Below are positions 9,918 through 18,301 of a stretch of DNA of 25,424 bases, one piece after another; the stretch's first letter is position 1; each line of letters starts with the position of its first letter. Source of the stretch: a bacterium (GTDB taxonomy: Bacteria > Bdellovibrionota_C > UBA2361 > CALJRW01); assembly GCA_031385045.1 (NCBI GenBank), contig JANNBC010000027.1, positions 1 to 25,424 on the forward strand. The letters run 5' to 3'. A program made the translations under genes and the position numbers. The notes beneath the pieces were generated by a model. It saw nothing but the letters and a program-made list of their open reading frames with translations. It was not told the origin of the DNA and did no database searches.

Positions 9918-10313
9918 GTGCAAACTGAAAATATTAAACATTATAAAATAATCCTTGCCGACGATCATCAGATCGTCAGGGAGATTACTGCCGAAATGTT
10001 GCAATGCTTAGGGCATGAAGTTTTAACTTTTAACGATGGGCAAGAAGTTGTTGACTATTATCTTTACGGGAATCAACAGGTAGATTTATTTATCTTAGAT
10101 TTAGTAATGCCTAAAATGGGTGGTATTGATTGCCTAAAAAAACTACTTACAATCAATTCTAAACTAAAATTTGTAATTTGTTCTGGATATCCAAATCATC
10201 AAGATTTATCTTTGATTTTAAAACACGGCATCAAATCCTTCTTACCAAAACCTTACCAGCTATCAGACCTGCGCAGGATTATTGATAACATAGAAAATCC
10301 TACACTCCACTAA
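9918..10313 (+). CDS. Single-domain response regulator (receiver only)
   Basis: ILADD acidic pocket, LDLVMPKMGG phospho-Asp, CSGY, FLPKPY. No output domain. GTG start. Confidence 0.88.
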   Translation: MQTENIKHYKIILADDHQIVREITAEMLQCLGHEVLTFNDGQEVVDYYLYGNQQVDLFILDLVMPKMGGIDCLKKLLTINSKLKFVICSGYPNHQDLSLILKHGIKSFLPKPYQLSDLRRIIDNIENPTLH

Positions 10314-10457
10314 AAAATACTAAGAATTACCGCATCTACTTCCCTAATTACCTCAACAATAAGGCAATGAGCCTATCCCAAAACTTCAAGAATCTAAAAT
10401 TTCTAAGCCTAATGCTCGAATAATGACTTTCTGATTGATTTGGTTTAAAAGTAAATT

Positions 10458-11201
10458 ATGAATCAAGAAATAATTCATAAATTACAAGCAAAGAAAGTAG
10501 TCAAAAGCTACGGTGGCCGAAAAGTGGTCAATGAAGTAGATCTTCAAATTAGCTCCGGTGAAATCGTTGGACTTCTGGGCCCTAATGGCGCTGGAAAAAC
10601 AACCTCTTTCTATATGTGCGTAGGCCTAGTTGCGCCAGACCGCGGAACGATCGAACTAGACAATCAAGACATTACCAAATACCCCATGTATCAAAGGGCC
10701 AGACAAGGTTTAGCATATCTTCCACAAGAGGCCTCAATTTTTAGAAAGCTTAGTGTTAGCGATAATATTATGGCTATTTTAGAAAATTTAAAATTCCCAT
10801 CAAAAGCGGATCGTCAGATGAGACTAGAGTCCTTGCTAGAAGAGCTTGGTGTCACAAAGTTACGAAATAGCTTGGCGAGTTCACTCTCCGGTGGTGAGAG
10901 ACGCCGAGTAGAAATTGCCCGAGCTTTGGCTAGTAATCCGAAATTCGTACTATTAGATGAACCTTTTGCGGGCATCGATCCGATTGCAATTAAAGATATT
11001 CAAGAAATTATTTATCACCTGAAAAATAAGAATATTGGTGTTCTAATTACCGATCATAATGTTAGAGAAACTCTAGGAATCTGTGATCGCTCCTATATAC
11101 TTGTGGATGGTCAAATCCTTGAAGAAGGAGACCCAGCAACAATTGCTAAAAGCGAAAAAGCCCGAAGATATTACTTAGGTAGTGATTTCTCACTTAACTA
11201 A
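10458..11201 (+). CDS. lptB: LPS export ABC transporter ATP-binding protein
   Basis: GPNGAGKTT, YLPQEASIFRKL, LSGGERRRVEIARAL, LLDEPFAGIDP, ITDHNVRETL, C-terminal YLG. Confidence 0.97.
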   Translation: MNQEIIHKLQAKKVVKSYGGRKVVNEVDLQISSGEIVGLLGPNGAGKTTSFYMCVGLVAPDRGTIELDNQDITKYPMYQRARQGLAYLPQEASIFRKLSVSDNIMAILENLKFPSKADRQMRLESLLEELGVTKLRNSLASSLSGGERRRVEIARALASNPKFVLLDEPFAGIDPIAIKDIQEIIYHLKNKNIGVLITDHNVRETLGICDRSYILVDGQILEEGDPATIAKSEKARRYYLGSDFSLN

Positions 11202-11210
11202 AGTGCGATC

Positions 11211-11258
11211 GACTAATAAAATCAGTACTATTGGAATTCCAATATTTTTAATTTAGTC
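11211..11258. terminator. Hairpin between convergent lptB and the 11268-11570 gene (possible bidirectional terminator)
   Basis: Perfect palindrome TATTGGAATTCCAATA at 11229-11244, flanked by GACTAA 11211-11216 / TTAGTC 11253-11258. T-rich runs follow. Confidence 0.45.
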
Positions 11259-11267
11259 TTTTGAAAT

Positions 11268-11570
11268 TTATGGTAAAACTTCAGCTAGAACCTCTGGATC
11301 TGGACTCACTGTAGGCTTAATCCCTAGATCTCTAATTTTACCAGACAAAAACTCAATTTGATCTTCTTGAGGAAGCTGGGAATCAACAAAAATCATCTTT
11401 TCAGCATCAAGCCGACAAGTACCACTTAAAACCCTCCATCCCGGACCGGTTTTTAGCTTTTCGCGACGAACTTGATAACCATTAGTCTTAGCTAAACTTA
11501 CCAAATCTTGGTAGGTTTGTTCCTTTTTAGAGTCTTTTTTGAAGGGTTTTGATGTTTTTCTTACAGCCAC
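11268..11570 (-). CDS. Small hypothetical protein
   Basis: 100-aa ORF with GTG start and AGAAGG upstream. Fills the gap between lptB and rplS. The VRREKL..G....SG.CRL.....IFVD..L....Q pattern looks like a conserved family I cannot name. Confidence 0.7.
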   Translation of the reverse strand: MAVRKTSKPFKKDSKKEQTYQDLVSLAKTNGYQVRREKLKTGPGWRVLSGTCRLDAEKMIFVDSQLPQEDQIEFLSGKIRDLGIKPTVSPDPEVLAEVLP

Positions 11571-11627
11571 AACTTTAATTATTGAAAATTACCTTCTAAT
11601 TATAGTAAATTAATTAAGTCCTAGCAA

Positions 11628-11657
11628 TTGACTTTAAGCGATAAAATAGGCTAATAT
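11628..11657 (+). promoter_or_regulatory. Candidate sigma70 promoter for rplS
   Basis: TTGACT (11628-11633), 18-nt spacer, TAATAT (11652-11657), about 80 nt upstream of the rplS ATG. Confidence 0.5.
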
Positions 11658-11736
11658 TTCAGCCCTTAGACCTTTGCGTAGTTACGTATAGAATCCAGAG
11701 GTTTTTGTTTTGAATAAGTCCAAGAAAAGAGGTCAT

Positions 11737-12171
11737 ATGTACATTAGTAAAGTTGATATTGTTAAGAACGAGCAATTAAAAGACAAGCTCCCAGATTTCA
11801 AAGCCGGAGATACATTAAAAGTCCACACTAAAATCCGTGAAGGTAACAAAGAACGTGTTCAGGTGTTCCAAGGCATCGTAATTGCTTGTAAAGGTGGTCG
11901 TGGTTCCCAAGGAACATTCACGGTTCGTAAGATTTCTTACAATGTTGGTGTAGAAAAAACTTTCTTATTACATAGCCCACGTATTGAGAAAATTGAGATT
12001 GTTAGTCGTGGTGATGTTCGTCGTGCGAAGTTGTATTACATCAGAGATCTTAAAGGTAAAGCTGCTAGAATTAAAACTAAGTATCACTCTACTAAAGAAG
12101 TTTTGGAAACAGAAACCGAGACTTATGAAACTTCTACAACAGAAGCTCAGTCTGGTGCTACTATCGCCTAA
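11737..12171 (+). CDS. rplS: 50S ribosomal protein L19 (bL19)
   Basis: [62 protein letters not shown]. Start moved to ATG 11737 because AAGAGGT SD lies just upstream. Acidic Thr/Glu-rich tail. Confidence 0.97.
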   Translation: MYISKVDIVKNEQLKDKLPDFKAGDTLKVHTKIREGNKERVQVFQGIVIACKGGRGSQGTFTVRKISYNVGVEKTFLLHSPRIEKIEIVSRGDVRRAKLYYIRDLKGKAARIKTKYHSTKEVLETETETYETSTTEAQSGATIA

Positions 12172-12191
12172 GTCGATAAAATTAAGACAAT

Positions 12192-12239
12192 AAAAAAGCC
12201 GATCTTCAGAAAATTATTTTTCTAAAGATCGGCTTTTTT
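12192..12239. terminator. Bidirectional intrinsic terminator (rplS / bactofilin)
   Basis: AAAAAAGCCGATCTT (12192-12206) pairs with AAGATCGGCTTTTTT (12225-12239), with an inner AGAAAA/TTTTCT stem. U-tracts in both directions between convergent genes. Confidence 0.88.
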
Positions 12240-12281
12240 GTACCTAAGCTTATAAAAATTAGCTACCAGAAAAGTTACCCC

Positions 12282-12758
12282 CTACTCCATCTGACAACGC
12301 CCCTCAAAAACAGCGCCGTTAGCAAAGGATAAATTATTACAATAAATATCAGCAGTCACTCTAGCTTGAGGATAAATAATTGTCTTAGTGGCATGAACCT
12401 TACCTTGAACTTCTCCAAAGCTATAAAAACTTTGACATTCAATTCTTCCACTGACCTGAGAACCAGGAGCTAAGATTACATCTGAAGAAGATATTAAATC
12501 TCCGTGAAAAACACCTTCTACTCGGACTGGCACTTGATAACTAAGTGAGCCTTCAAAGATTGCTCCCTTTGGCACAATACTACGAATCTGAGAGTAGGCT
12601 TCTTGATATAAAAGTCCTGTCTCGGCTTCGCTCGGATATTGCTCCCGAGACACCACTTTACGAACATCTTTTTTATTAGACCACCAAGAACCTTCTGATT
12701 TAAGAACTGATTCAGGAGATGAAATAGCTGGAGAATCTTTAGTTTTTTTCCAAAACAT
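12282..12758 (-). CDS. Bactofilin (polymer-forming cytoskeletal protein)
   Basis: Beta-helix repeats SIVPKGAIFEGSL, VRVEGVFHGDL, VILAPGSQVSGRI, GEVQGKV, VTADI, GAVFEGRCQM. The MFWKK start at ATG 12758 fits the usual membrane-targeting N-terminus better than the TTG at 12818. Confidence 0.85.
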   Translation of the reverse strand: MFWKKTKDSPAISSPESVLKSEGSWWSNKKDVRKVVSREQYPSEAETGLLYQEAYSQIRSIVPKGAIFEGSLSYQVPVRVEGVFHGDLISSSDVILAPGSQVSGRIECQSFYSFGEVQGKVHATKTIIYPQARVTADIYCNNLSFANGAVFEGRCQME

Positions 12759-12969
12759 AGAACAATAGCAAATTTTAAATTGATAGCTGATACTATAGAT
12801 AAAAAAACAGATTTTCAAGGAAATAAATGAATTAAATCAAAAAATTACCAGTCTGTATTCTAATTACAGCTAATTAATTAGCTATTGGAAACTGTCTATA
12901 TTGCTGCAATAGTAGCATTTTGACAAACTGAGCCTAACACTATGATTCAAATTAATAAGTAAAATATCA

Positions 12970-15147
12970 ATGTCCAAGGTTCTAACATTACTCCTGACAA
13001 CACTGCTATTAATCTCGAATCAAGCTAGGGCAATTGAAAGTAACTTATTCTCTTCCGACTACTCTTCAGTCACACTAATCTCCGAAAATAGCCAAATTCG
13101 ACCTGGGGAAGAATTTTGGTTAGCACTGAAATTTGAACAGACGCCTAACTGGCATATTTATTGGCAAAATCCAGGAGACTCAGGACTACCTCCAAAATTA
13201 GAATGGGAGGAGCACTCCGATGTGATGTTTGATTCAGAGATTCATTGGGAAAGACCAGATATTTTAGCAGTGGATCAGTTACTTAACTATGGATTTTCTC
13301 GCGAGACAGTACTCTTACCCGTAAAAGCATATCTAAAAAAAGATTTTAATGGTACAGAAGTTGAAATAAAACTTGGCGCAGATTGGTTAATCTGTAAAGT
13401 TGACTGTGTCCCTGAGTCGCACACATTTATTTTAAAACTTCCAGTCGGACCAAAGATTACTGGAGAACAAGCAGTTTATTTCAGTAACAGTAACAAACTG
13501 CGTCCTTCTCAAGGTCTTTACAGTGGAAGTTACCGAAAAGATGAGTCCAATATTGAGATTAACTTTAATTCACTCCCTAAAATTTTGGGAACCCCACACT
13601 TAGCCCTAGTAGAACAGTCAATCTCGCAAAATTATATTAAACAAGATTTCCAAGATCTAACATTAAATCTTAAAATTGCCCCTGAAAATAAAAATTTACC
13701 AGATACTCTTCATGCAGTATTACTTGATGTTGATCAGAATAATCACACAACTGATTCCTATGAAATAGTTTTAGAAAAAAATAACACTGGCAATGCTACG
13801 ACTAACCTTAATCAATCAGAAGCATTATTAGCGTCAAAAAACCTTCCTAATCAAGCGAAAGGAAACTCTGAAACACCTGCTTTTATTACAATTTTAATCT
13901 TTGCATTCCTTGGTGGAATTATTTTAAACTTAATGCCCTGCGTCTTTCCAATCATCTCAATTAAAGTTTTAGATTTTATTAATCTTTCCAGTAAAGACCC
14001 CCGAGTTGCCCGTCGCCATTCATTAAGTTTTGCAGCTGGGATTATCAGTCTGATGCTATCCTTAGCAATTCTTGCCGAAGTCTTAAAATTATTTGGCCAA
14101 AACTTAGGCTGGGGATTTCAATTACAATCACCGATCTTTGTCAGTTGTTTAATTATTTTATTCTATCTGTTAGGACTTTCCTTCGCTGGATACTTCTATG
14201 TCGGTGATAAACTGATGAGCAAAACTGCGGCTATTCAAACTGAGAAAAGCTACTTCGGTTCATTCTTAAACGGCGCCCTAGCAACTTTAGTAGCGACCCC
14301 TTGTACTGCACCATTTATGGGGACAGCACTTGGCGCAACTATCGGCCTAAATTTCTTTTTATCATTATTAATTTTCTTAAGTTTAGGAATCGGGATCAGC
14401 TTTCCGTTTGTTGCTTTAACTTATAATCAAAAATTAATGAGCCTGATGCCCCGCCCTGGAGCATGGATGGAAAAATTAAAAGAGTTGATGTCGTTTCTAA
14501 TGTTCTTTACTTGTCTCTGGCTACTCTGGGTGGTTGTGAGCTTAACTAGTCCAGAATATTTAATTGGCTTGCTATTTACCTTGATCATGCTCACGGTAAT
14601 TATTTGGGTTAAAGATAATTTTCACTATTCTAATCCATATCTTAAATTTATTAAATCTTTGATTATGATATTCCTACTAGTTTTAGCATTTTCCCCACTT
14701 TCTACTGCCTCTAACTATCAACCAAACGATGACTCCAGCCCTAAAGCCAGTAACCCTTATGGAATTAATTATCAAAACTACAGTGAAGAACTTTTAGCTT
14801 CAGAACTAGCAGCGGGCAATGTTGTTTATGTAGATTTTACAGCACGTTGGTGTATCACCTGCCAAGTAAATAAAAAAAGAGTTTTTTCTTCTTTTGAAGT
14901 TCGAGATTTTTTTCAAAAAAATCATGTCAGCTTACTCGTTGCTGATTGGACTAATAAAGATGAAAAAATCAAAGAATCTTTAAATAAATATGGACGTAAC
15001 AGCGTCCCTCTTAATATTATTTATGGAAATAAAGATAAGTCTGGTGATTTTCGTATTTTACCAGCATTATTAAGTGCCTCAGAAGTACTAAACAATTTAG
15101 AAGAATTAACTTTAACAGATAAGGAAAAAAATCATGTCCAGAATTAA
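12970..15147 (+). CDS. dsbD: Protein-disulfide reductase, DsbD family (ScsB-like)
   Basis: Signal peptide. Alpha domain WHIYWQNPGDSG and ICKVDC. TM domain NLMPCVFPI and ATPCTAPFM, then PRPGAWME. Thioredoxin domain DFTARWCITC. Confidence 0.9.
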   Translation: MSKVLTLLLTTLLLISNQARAIESNLFSSDYSSVTLISENSQIRPGEEFWLALKFEQTPNWHIYWQNPGDSGLPPKLEWEEHSDVMFDSEIHWERPDILAVDQLLNYGFSRETVLLPVKAYLKKDFNGTEVEIKLGADWLICKVDCVPESHTFILKLPVGPKITGEQAVYFSNSNKLRPSQGLYSGSYRKDESNIEINFNSLPKILGTPHLALVEQSISQNYIKQDFQDLTLNLKIAPENKNLPDTLHAVLLDVDQNNHTTDSYEIVLEKNNTGNATTNLNQSEALLASKNLPNQAKGNSETPAFITILIFAFLGGIILNLMPCVFPIISIKVLDFINLSSKDPRVARRHSLSFAAGIISLMLSLAILAEVLKLFGQNLGWGFQLQSPIFVSCLIILFYLLGLSFAGYFYVGDKLMSKTAAIQTEKSYFGSFLNGALATLVATPCTAPFMGTALGATIGLNFFLSLLIFLSLGIGISFPFVALTYNQKLMSLMPRPGAWMEKLKELMSFLMFFTCLWLLWVVVSLTSPEYLIGLLFTLIMLTVIIWVKDNFHYSNPYLKFIKSLIMIFLLVLAFSPLSTASNYQPNDDSSPKASNPYGINYQNYSEELLASELAAGNVVYVDFTARWCITCQVNKKRVFSSFEVRDFFQKNHVSLLVADWTNKDEKIKESLNKYGRNSVPLNIIYGNKDKSGDFRILPALLSASEVLNNLEELTLTDKEKNHVQN

Positions 15148-15739
15148 ATTACTAATCTCTCTATTAGCAATCATGTTTTGTAGTATTACCGCTACCGCCG
15201 AGGTGCAAGTCGGACAGCCCGCCCCAGATTTTCAACTAACAGATTCTAATGGAAAATCTCATAAGCTATCAGATTTTAAAGGTAAGAATGTTGTACTAGA
15301 ATGGTTTAATCATGATTGTCCATTCGTTGTAAAACATTATGGATCTGGGAATATGCAAGCACTACAAGCCAAATACACAAAAGCTGGAGTAATTTGGTTG
15401 GCAATTAATTCAGGTAGCAAAGAATCAGGTTCATACAAAGATCCAAAAACAACAAACGCTCGTACAGTAGAACATAAAGCTGTTCCTACTGCCGTCTTAA
15501 TTGATGATGCGGGAACTGTTGGCAAACTTTATGGAGCAAAAACTACTCCGCATATGTTTGTAGTTGATACCAAAGGAATACTTCGCTATCAAGGCGCAAT
15601 TGATTCAATACCATCTGCAGCACAAGATGATATTGCTAAAGCTGACAATTATGTTAGCCAAGCACTGGACGCAATAATTGCTGGAAAAGAAATCGCCAAC
15701 CCAGTAACTAAATCTTATGGTTGCTCTGTAAAATATTAA
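15134..15739 (+). CDS. Exported thioredoxin-fold redoxin (AhpC/TSA-like, peroxiredoxin-like)
   Basis: Signal peptide. APDFQLTDSNG, LEWFNHDCPFV (single Cys), YGAKTTPHMFV, YQGAID, C-terminal YGCSVKY. Overlaps the dsbD stop. Confidence 0.88.
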   Translation: MSRIKLLISLLAIMFCSITATAEVQVGQPAPDFQLTDSNGKSHKLSDFKGKNVVLEWFNHDCPFVVKHYGSGNMQALQAKYTKAGVIWLAINSGSKESGSYKDPKTTNARTVEHKAVPTAVLIDDAGTVGKLYGAKTTPHMFVVDTKGILRYQGAIDSIPSAAQDDIAKADNYVSQALDAIIAGKEIANPVTKSYGCSVKY

Positions 15740-15753
15740 GTTCTAAAAATTCT

Positions 15754-15807
15754 AACCTTTTAGTAGCTCAATCAGAACTCCAAACTGAGTGACTACTAAG
15801 AGGTTTT
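15754..15807. terminator. Imperfect hairpin between convergent redoxin and dtd genes
   Basis: AACCTTTTAGTAG-CTCA (from 15754) pairs with TGAG-CTACTAAGAGGTT (to 15805), followed by Ts. Confidence 0.6.
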
Positions 15808-16247
15808 TAAAATTCTAGAGCAATTGTCACTGGCCCATTATTAACCAACTCCACCTGCATATCAGCACCAAAAATACCGACTTGTACACCCTGAGGCATC
15901 GCTAAAAGGAAGCTCAGATAAAACTCATTAAAGAGTAGCGCTGCCTCCTTAGGTGCCATGGCATTAAAGAACTCTGGCCTGCGCCCCTTAGATGTATCAG
16001 CATAAAGTGTAAATTGTGGCACAAGAATAATCTCTCCTTGTGTATCTAATAGTGATCGATCAAAACGTCCTTGATTATTGGCAAAGATTCTAAAATTTAA
16101 AATTTTATCAACAATCAAATTGAATTTACTATTATCATCACCTTGACCAAAACCAACTAGGGCTAAAATGCCCTTACCGATCTTTGCTACAACTTGCTGT
16201 TCTACAGTTACCGATGCTGAAGTAACCCTTTGAATGATGATTTTCAT
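15807..16247 (-). CDS. dtd: D-aminoacyl-tRNA deacylase
   Basis: MKIIIQRVTSASVTV, PQFTL (SQFTL motif), KGRRPEF, FGADMQVELVNNGPVT. Confidence 0.96.
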   Translation of the reverse strand: MKIIIQRVTSASVTVEQQVVAKIGKGILALVGFGQGDDNSKFNLIVDKILNFRIFANNQGRFDRSLLDTQGEIILVPQFTLYADTSKGRRPEFFNAMAPKEAALLFNEFYLSFLLAMPQGVQVGIFGADMQVELVNNGPVTIALEF

Positions 16248-16322
16248 ATACTATTTATGGCTTAGACTTGAGGGCTTTAAATTGCTATACATAATAGATA
16301 TTTTCAACTAATTTTTCAAAAA

Positions 16323-17732
16323 ATGTCAGACTTCAAACTTTACAATACCCTTACTCGCGAAGTTAGCGATTTCCAGCCAATCAATTCAGAGGAAGTTAAA
16401 ATCTACTGCTGTGGCCCTACTGTCTATGACTATCAACATATTGGGAACTTTAAAACTTTCCTAATGGAGAATCTATTAGTTAAAGCATTAAGAATAGCCG
16501 GCTATCAGGTTAAATTTGTAATGAACATTACAGATGTTGGTCACTTAACCAGTGATGCCGATGACGGCGAAGATAAAATGATGATTGCCGCCAAGCGCGA
16601 AAAGAAAAAATCTTATGAAATAGCCGACTTTTATACAAATAAGTTTTTTGAAGATTGGGATCTGCTCAAAATGATTCGCCCTGATATCGTTTGTAAAGCA
16701 AGTGATCATATTCAAGAAATGATTGCCATGATTAAAACCCTAGAAGATAAAGGGTTTGCTTATGTTGCTAATGGTAATGTTTATTTTGACGTTTCTAAAT
16801 TAAAAGATTACGGCAAACTAGCTAAACTTGATCTTAAAAAATTACAAGCAGGAACAACAATTGAAGTTGATGCCCATAAAAAAGGTCCGTTTGATTTCGT
16901 TCTTTGGTTCACCAATTCAAAATTTACCAATCATGAATTACTCTGGGATTCTCCTTGGGGTGAAGGCTATCCTGGCTGGCACATTGAGTGTTCTGCAATG
17001 TCCATGAAATACTTAGGTGAGCAAATTGATATTCACTGTGGTGGAATTGATCACGTGCCAGTTCATCATACTAACGAAATTGCTCAGTCAGAAGCTGCTA
17101 CCGGAAATAAATGGGTTAACTTTTGGGTCCACTCGGAATTTATTTTGCTAAATAGCGAGAAGATGTCTAAATCCAAAGGTGGATTTATCACTTTAGATAC
17201 ACTAACCGCGGATGGTATCGATCCACTAGCCTACAAAATGCTTTGTCTTGGCACTCATTATCGCAAACAAATTAATTACTCTAGTGAGTCACTAACCAAT
17301 GCCTCTCGTAATTTACAAAAAATATATTCAGCCTTAGAAACTCTAACTATAAACCCACAAGTAAATTTAACAAAGCTAAGTACCGAGGCTGAAAGTTACT
17401 GGACTAACTTTAAGACGGCAATATTTAATGACCTTAACACACCTCAAGCTCTAGCCGTTCTCTGGCAAGCAATTGACGATCAGACATTAGTAGCTGTTGA
17501 TAAGCTAAATTTAATCCTGCATTTCGATCAGATCCTAGGCTTTGATTTAAGCAATTGGAAACCAAGTAAAATAGAAATACCGAGCGAGGTGCAAGCGCTA
17601 CTAGAACTCAGAAAAGATGCCCGCCTAAATAAAAATTGGGAACAGTCTGATGCACTAAGAGTACAAATTGCTAACTATGGCTTTGAAGTTAAAGATCTAG
17701 GAGCAGAACAAACCATAACTAAAAAATTATAG
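16323..17732 (+). CDS. cysS: Cysteine--tRNA ligase
   Basis: YCCGPTVY, HIGN, NITDVGHL, PGWHIECSAM, HTNEIAQSE, KMSKSKG. Confidence 0.98.
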   Translation: MSDFKLYNTLTREVSDFQPINSEEVKIYCCGPTVYDYQHIGNFKTFLMENLLVKALRIAGYQVKFVMNITDVGHLTSDADDGEDKMMIAAKREKKKSYEIADFYTNKFFEDWDLLKMIRPDIVCKASDHIQEMIAMIKTLEDKGFAYVANGNVYFDVSKLKDYGKLAKLDLKKLQAGTTIEVDAHKKGPFDFVLWFTNSKFTNHELLWDSPWGEGYPGWHIECSAMSMKYLGEQIDIHCGGIDHVPVHHTNEIAQSEAATGNKWVNFWVHSEFILLNSEKMSKSKGGFITLDTLTADGIDPLAYKMLCLGTHYRKQINYSSESLTNASRNLQKIYSALETLTINPQVNLTKLSTEAESYWTNFKTAIFNDLNTPQALAVLWQAIDDQTLVAVDKLNLILHFDQILGFDLSNWKPSKIEIPSEVQALLELRKDARLNKNWEQSDALRVQIANYGFEVKDLGAEQTITKKL

Positions 17733-17744
17733 CTCCGGCAAAGT

Positions 17745-18236
17745 TTAGCAATAACTGCTGTTGTAACAATTGATGGGATCAGTAATTCGACTACAGGCGC
17801 CTGAGGTATCTTTAATATAAACCTCTGTGCTACCAGTATTTGTTTTAGCTAGTAATGAAATTGTAGCAGGCAGAGACCTATCGCCACAGCCAGTACCTCC
17901 ATAATGACGAGAATCATAAGAAGTTGTAGCATCTAGATATTCGCCAATTTTATGAACTAAATTGCCATCGCGATCATAAACACTAATACAACTTGGATAT
18001 AAACCAGCACATCCCCTAAGGGTAATAAAACTAGTACTTTGGCTTCTAGGGTCAGAGCTAGGAATACTATCAGAGGCTTCCGATTTCCAAATTTCACACG
18101 GCTTTAATTCGCGAATAGAACTACAAACTAACTCTAGACCACTAGGAATCAAATCAGAGCTAATATTATTTTCAGCAAAACTCGGTTTAGGATGCCCAAG
18201 CAAGACCCATAGGCAGACAAGAACAAATCTATTCAT
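17745..18236 (-). CDS. Hypothetical secreted cysteine-rich protein
   Basis: 163 aa. Signal-peptide-like N-terminus ending SFA. Eight Cys in the predicted mature part. Occupies the cysS-galU gap. Confidence 0.65.
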   Translation of the reverse strand: MNRFVLVCLWVLLGHPKPSFAENNISSDLIPSGLELVCSSIRELKPCEIWKSEASDSIPSSDPRSQSTSFITLRGCAGLYPSCISVYDRDGNLVHKIGEYLDATTSYDSRHYGGTGCGDRSLPATISLLAKTNTGSTEVYIKDTSGACSRITDPINCYNSSYC

Positions 18237-18301
18237 TTTTATGATACTTAAATACTTACAGTATCGTAATCTTCAGCAATGAGTTGCACCTCACTAGATT
18301 A

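Noticed and set aside
11710..11736. TTG start for rplS from the ORF track (likewise TTG 21692 for the histone and TTG 12818 for bactofilin)
   Set aside because: Downstream ATGs fit better: SD sequences for rplS and the histone, and a family-typical N-terminus for bactofilin.
11984..12193. 69-aa alternative-frame ORF
   Set aside because: Overlaps the conserved rplS core in another frame; no SD or motif.
15337..15525. 62-aa minus-strand ORF
   Set aside because: Antisense within the redoxin gene.
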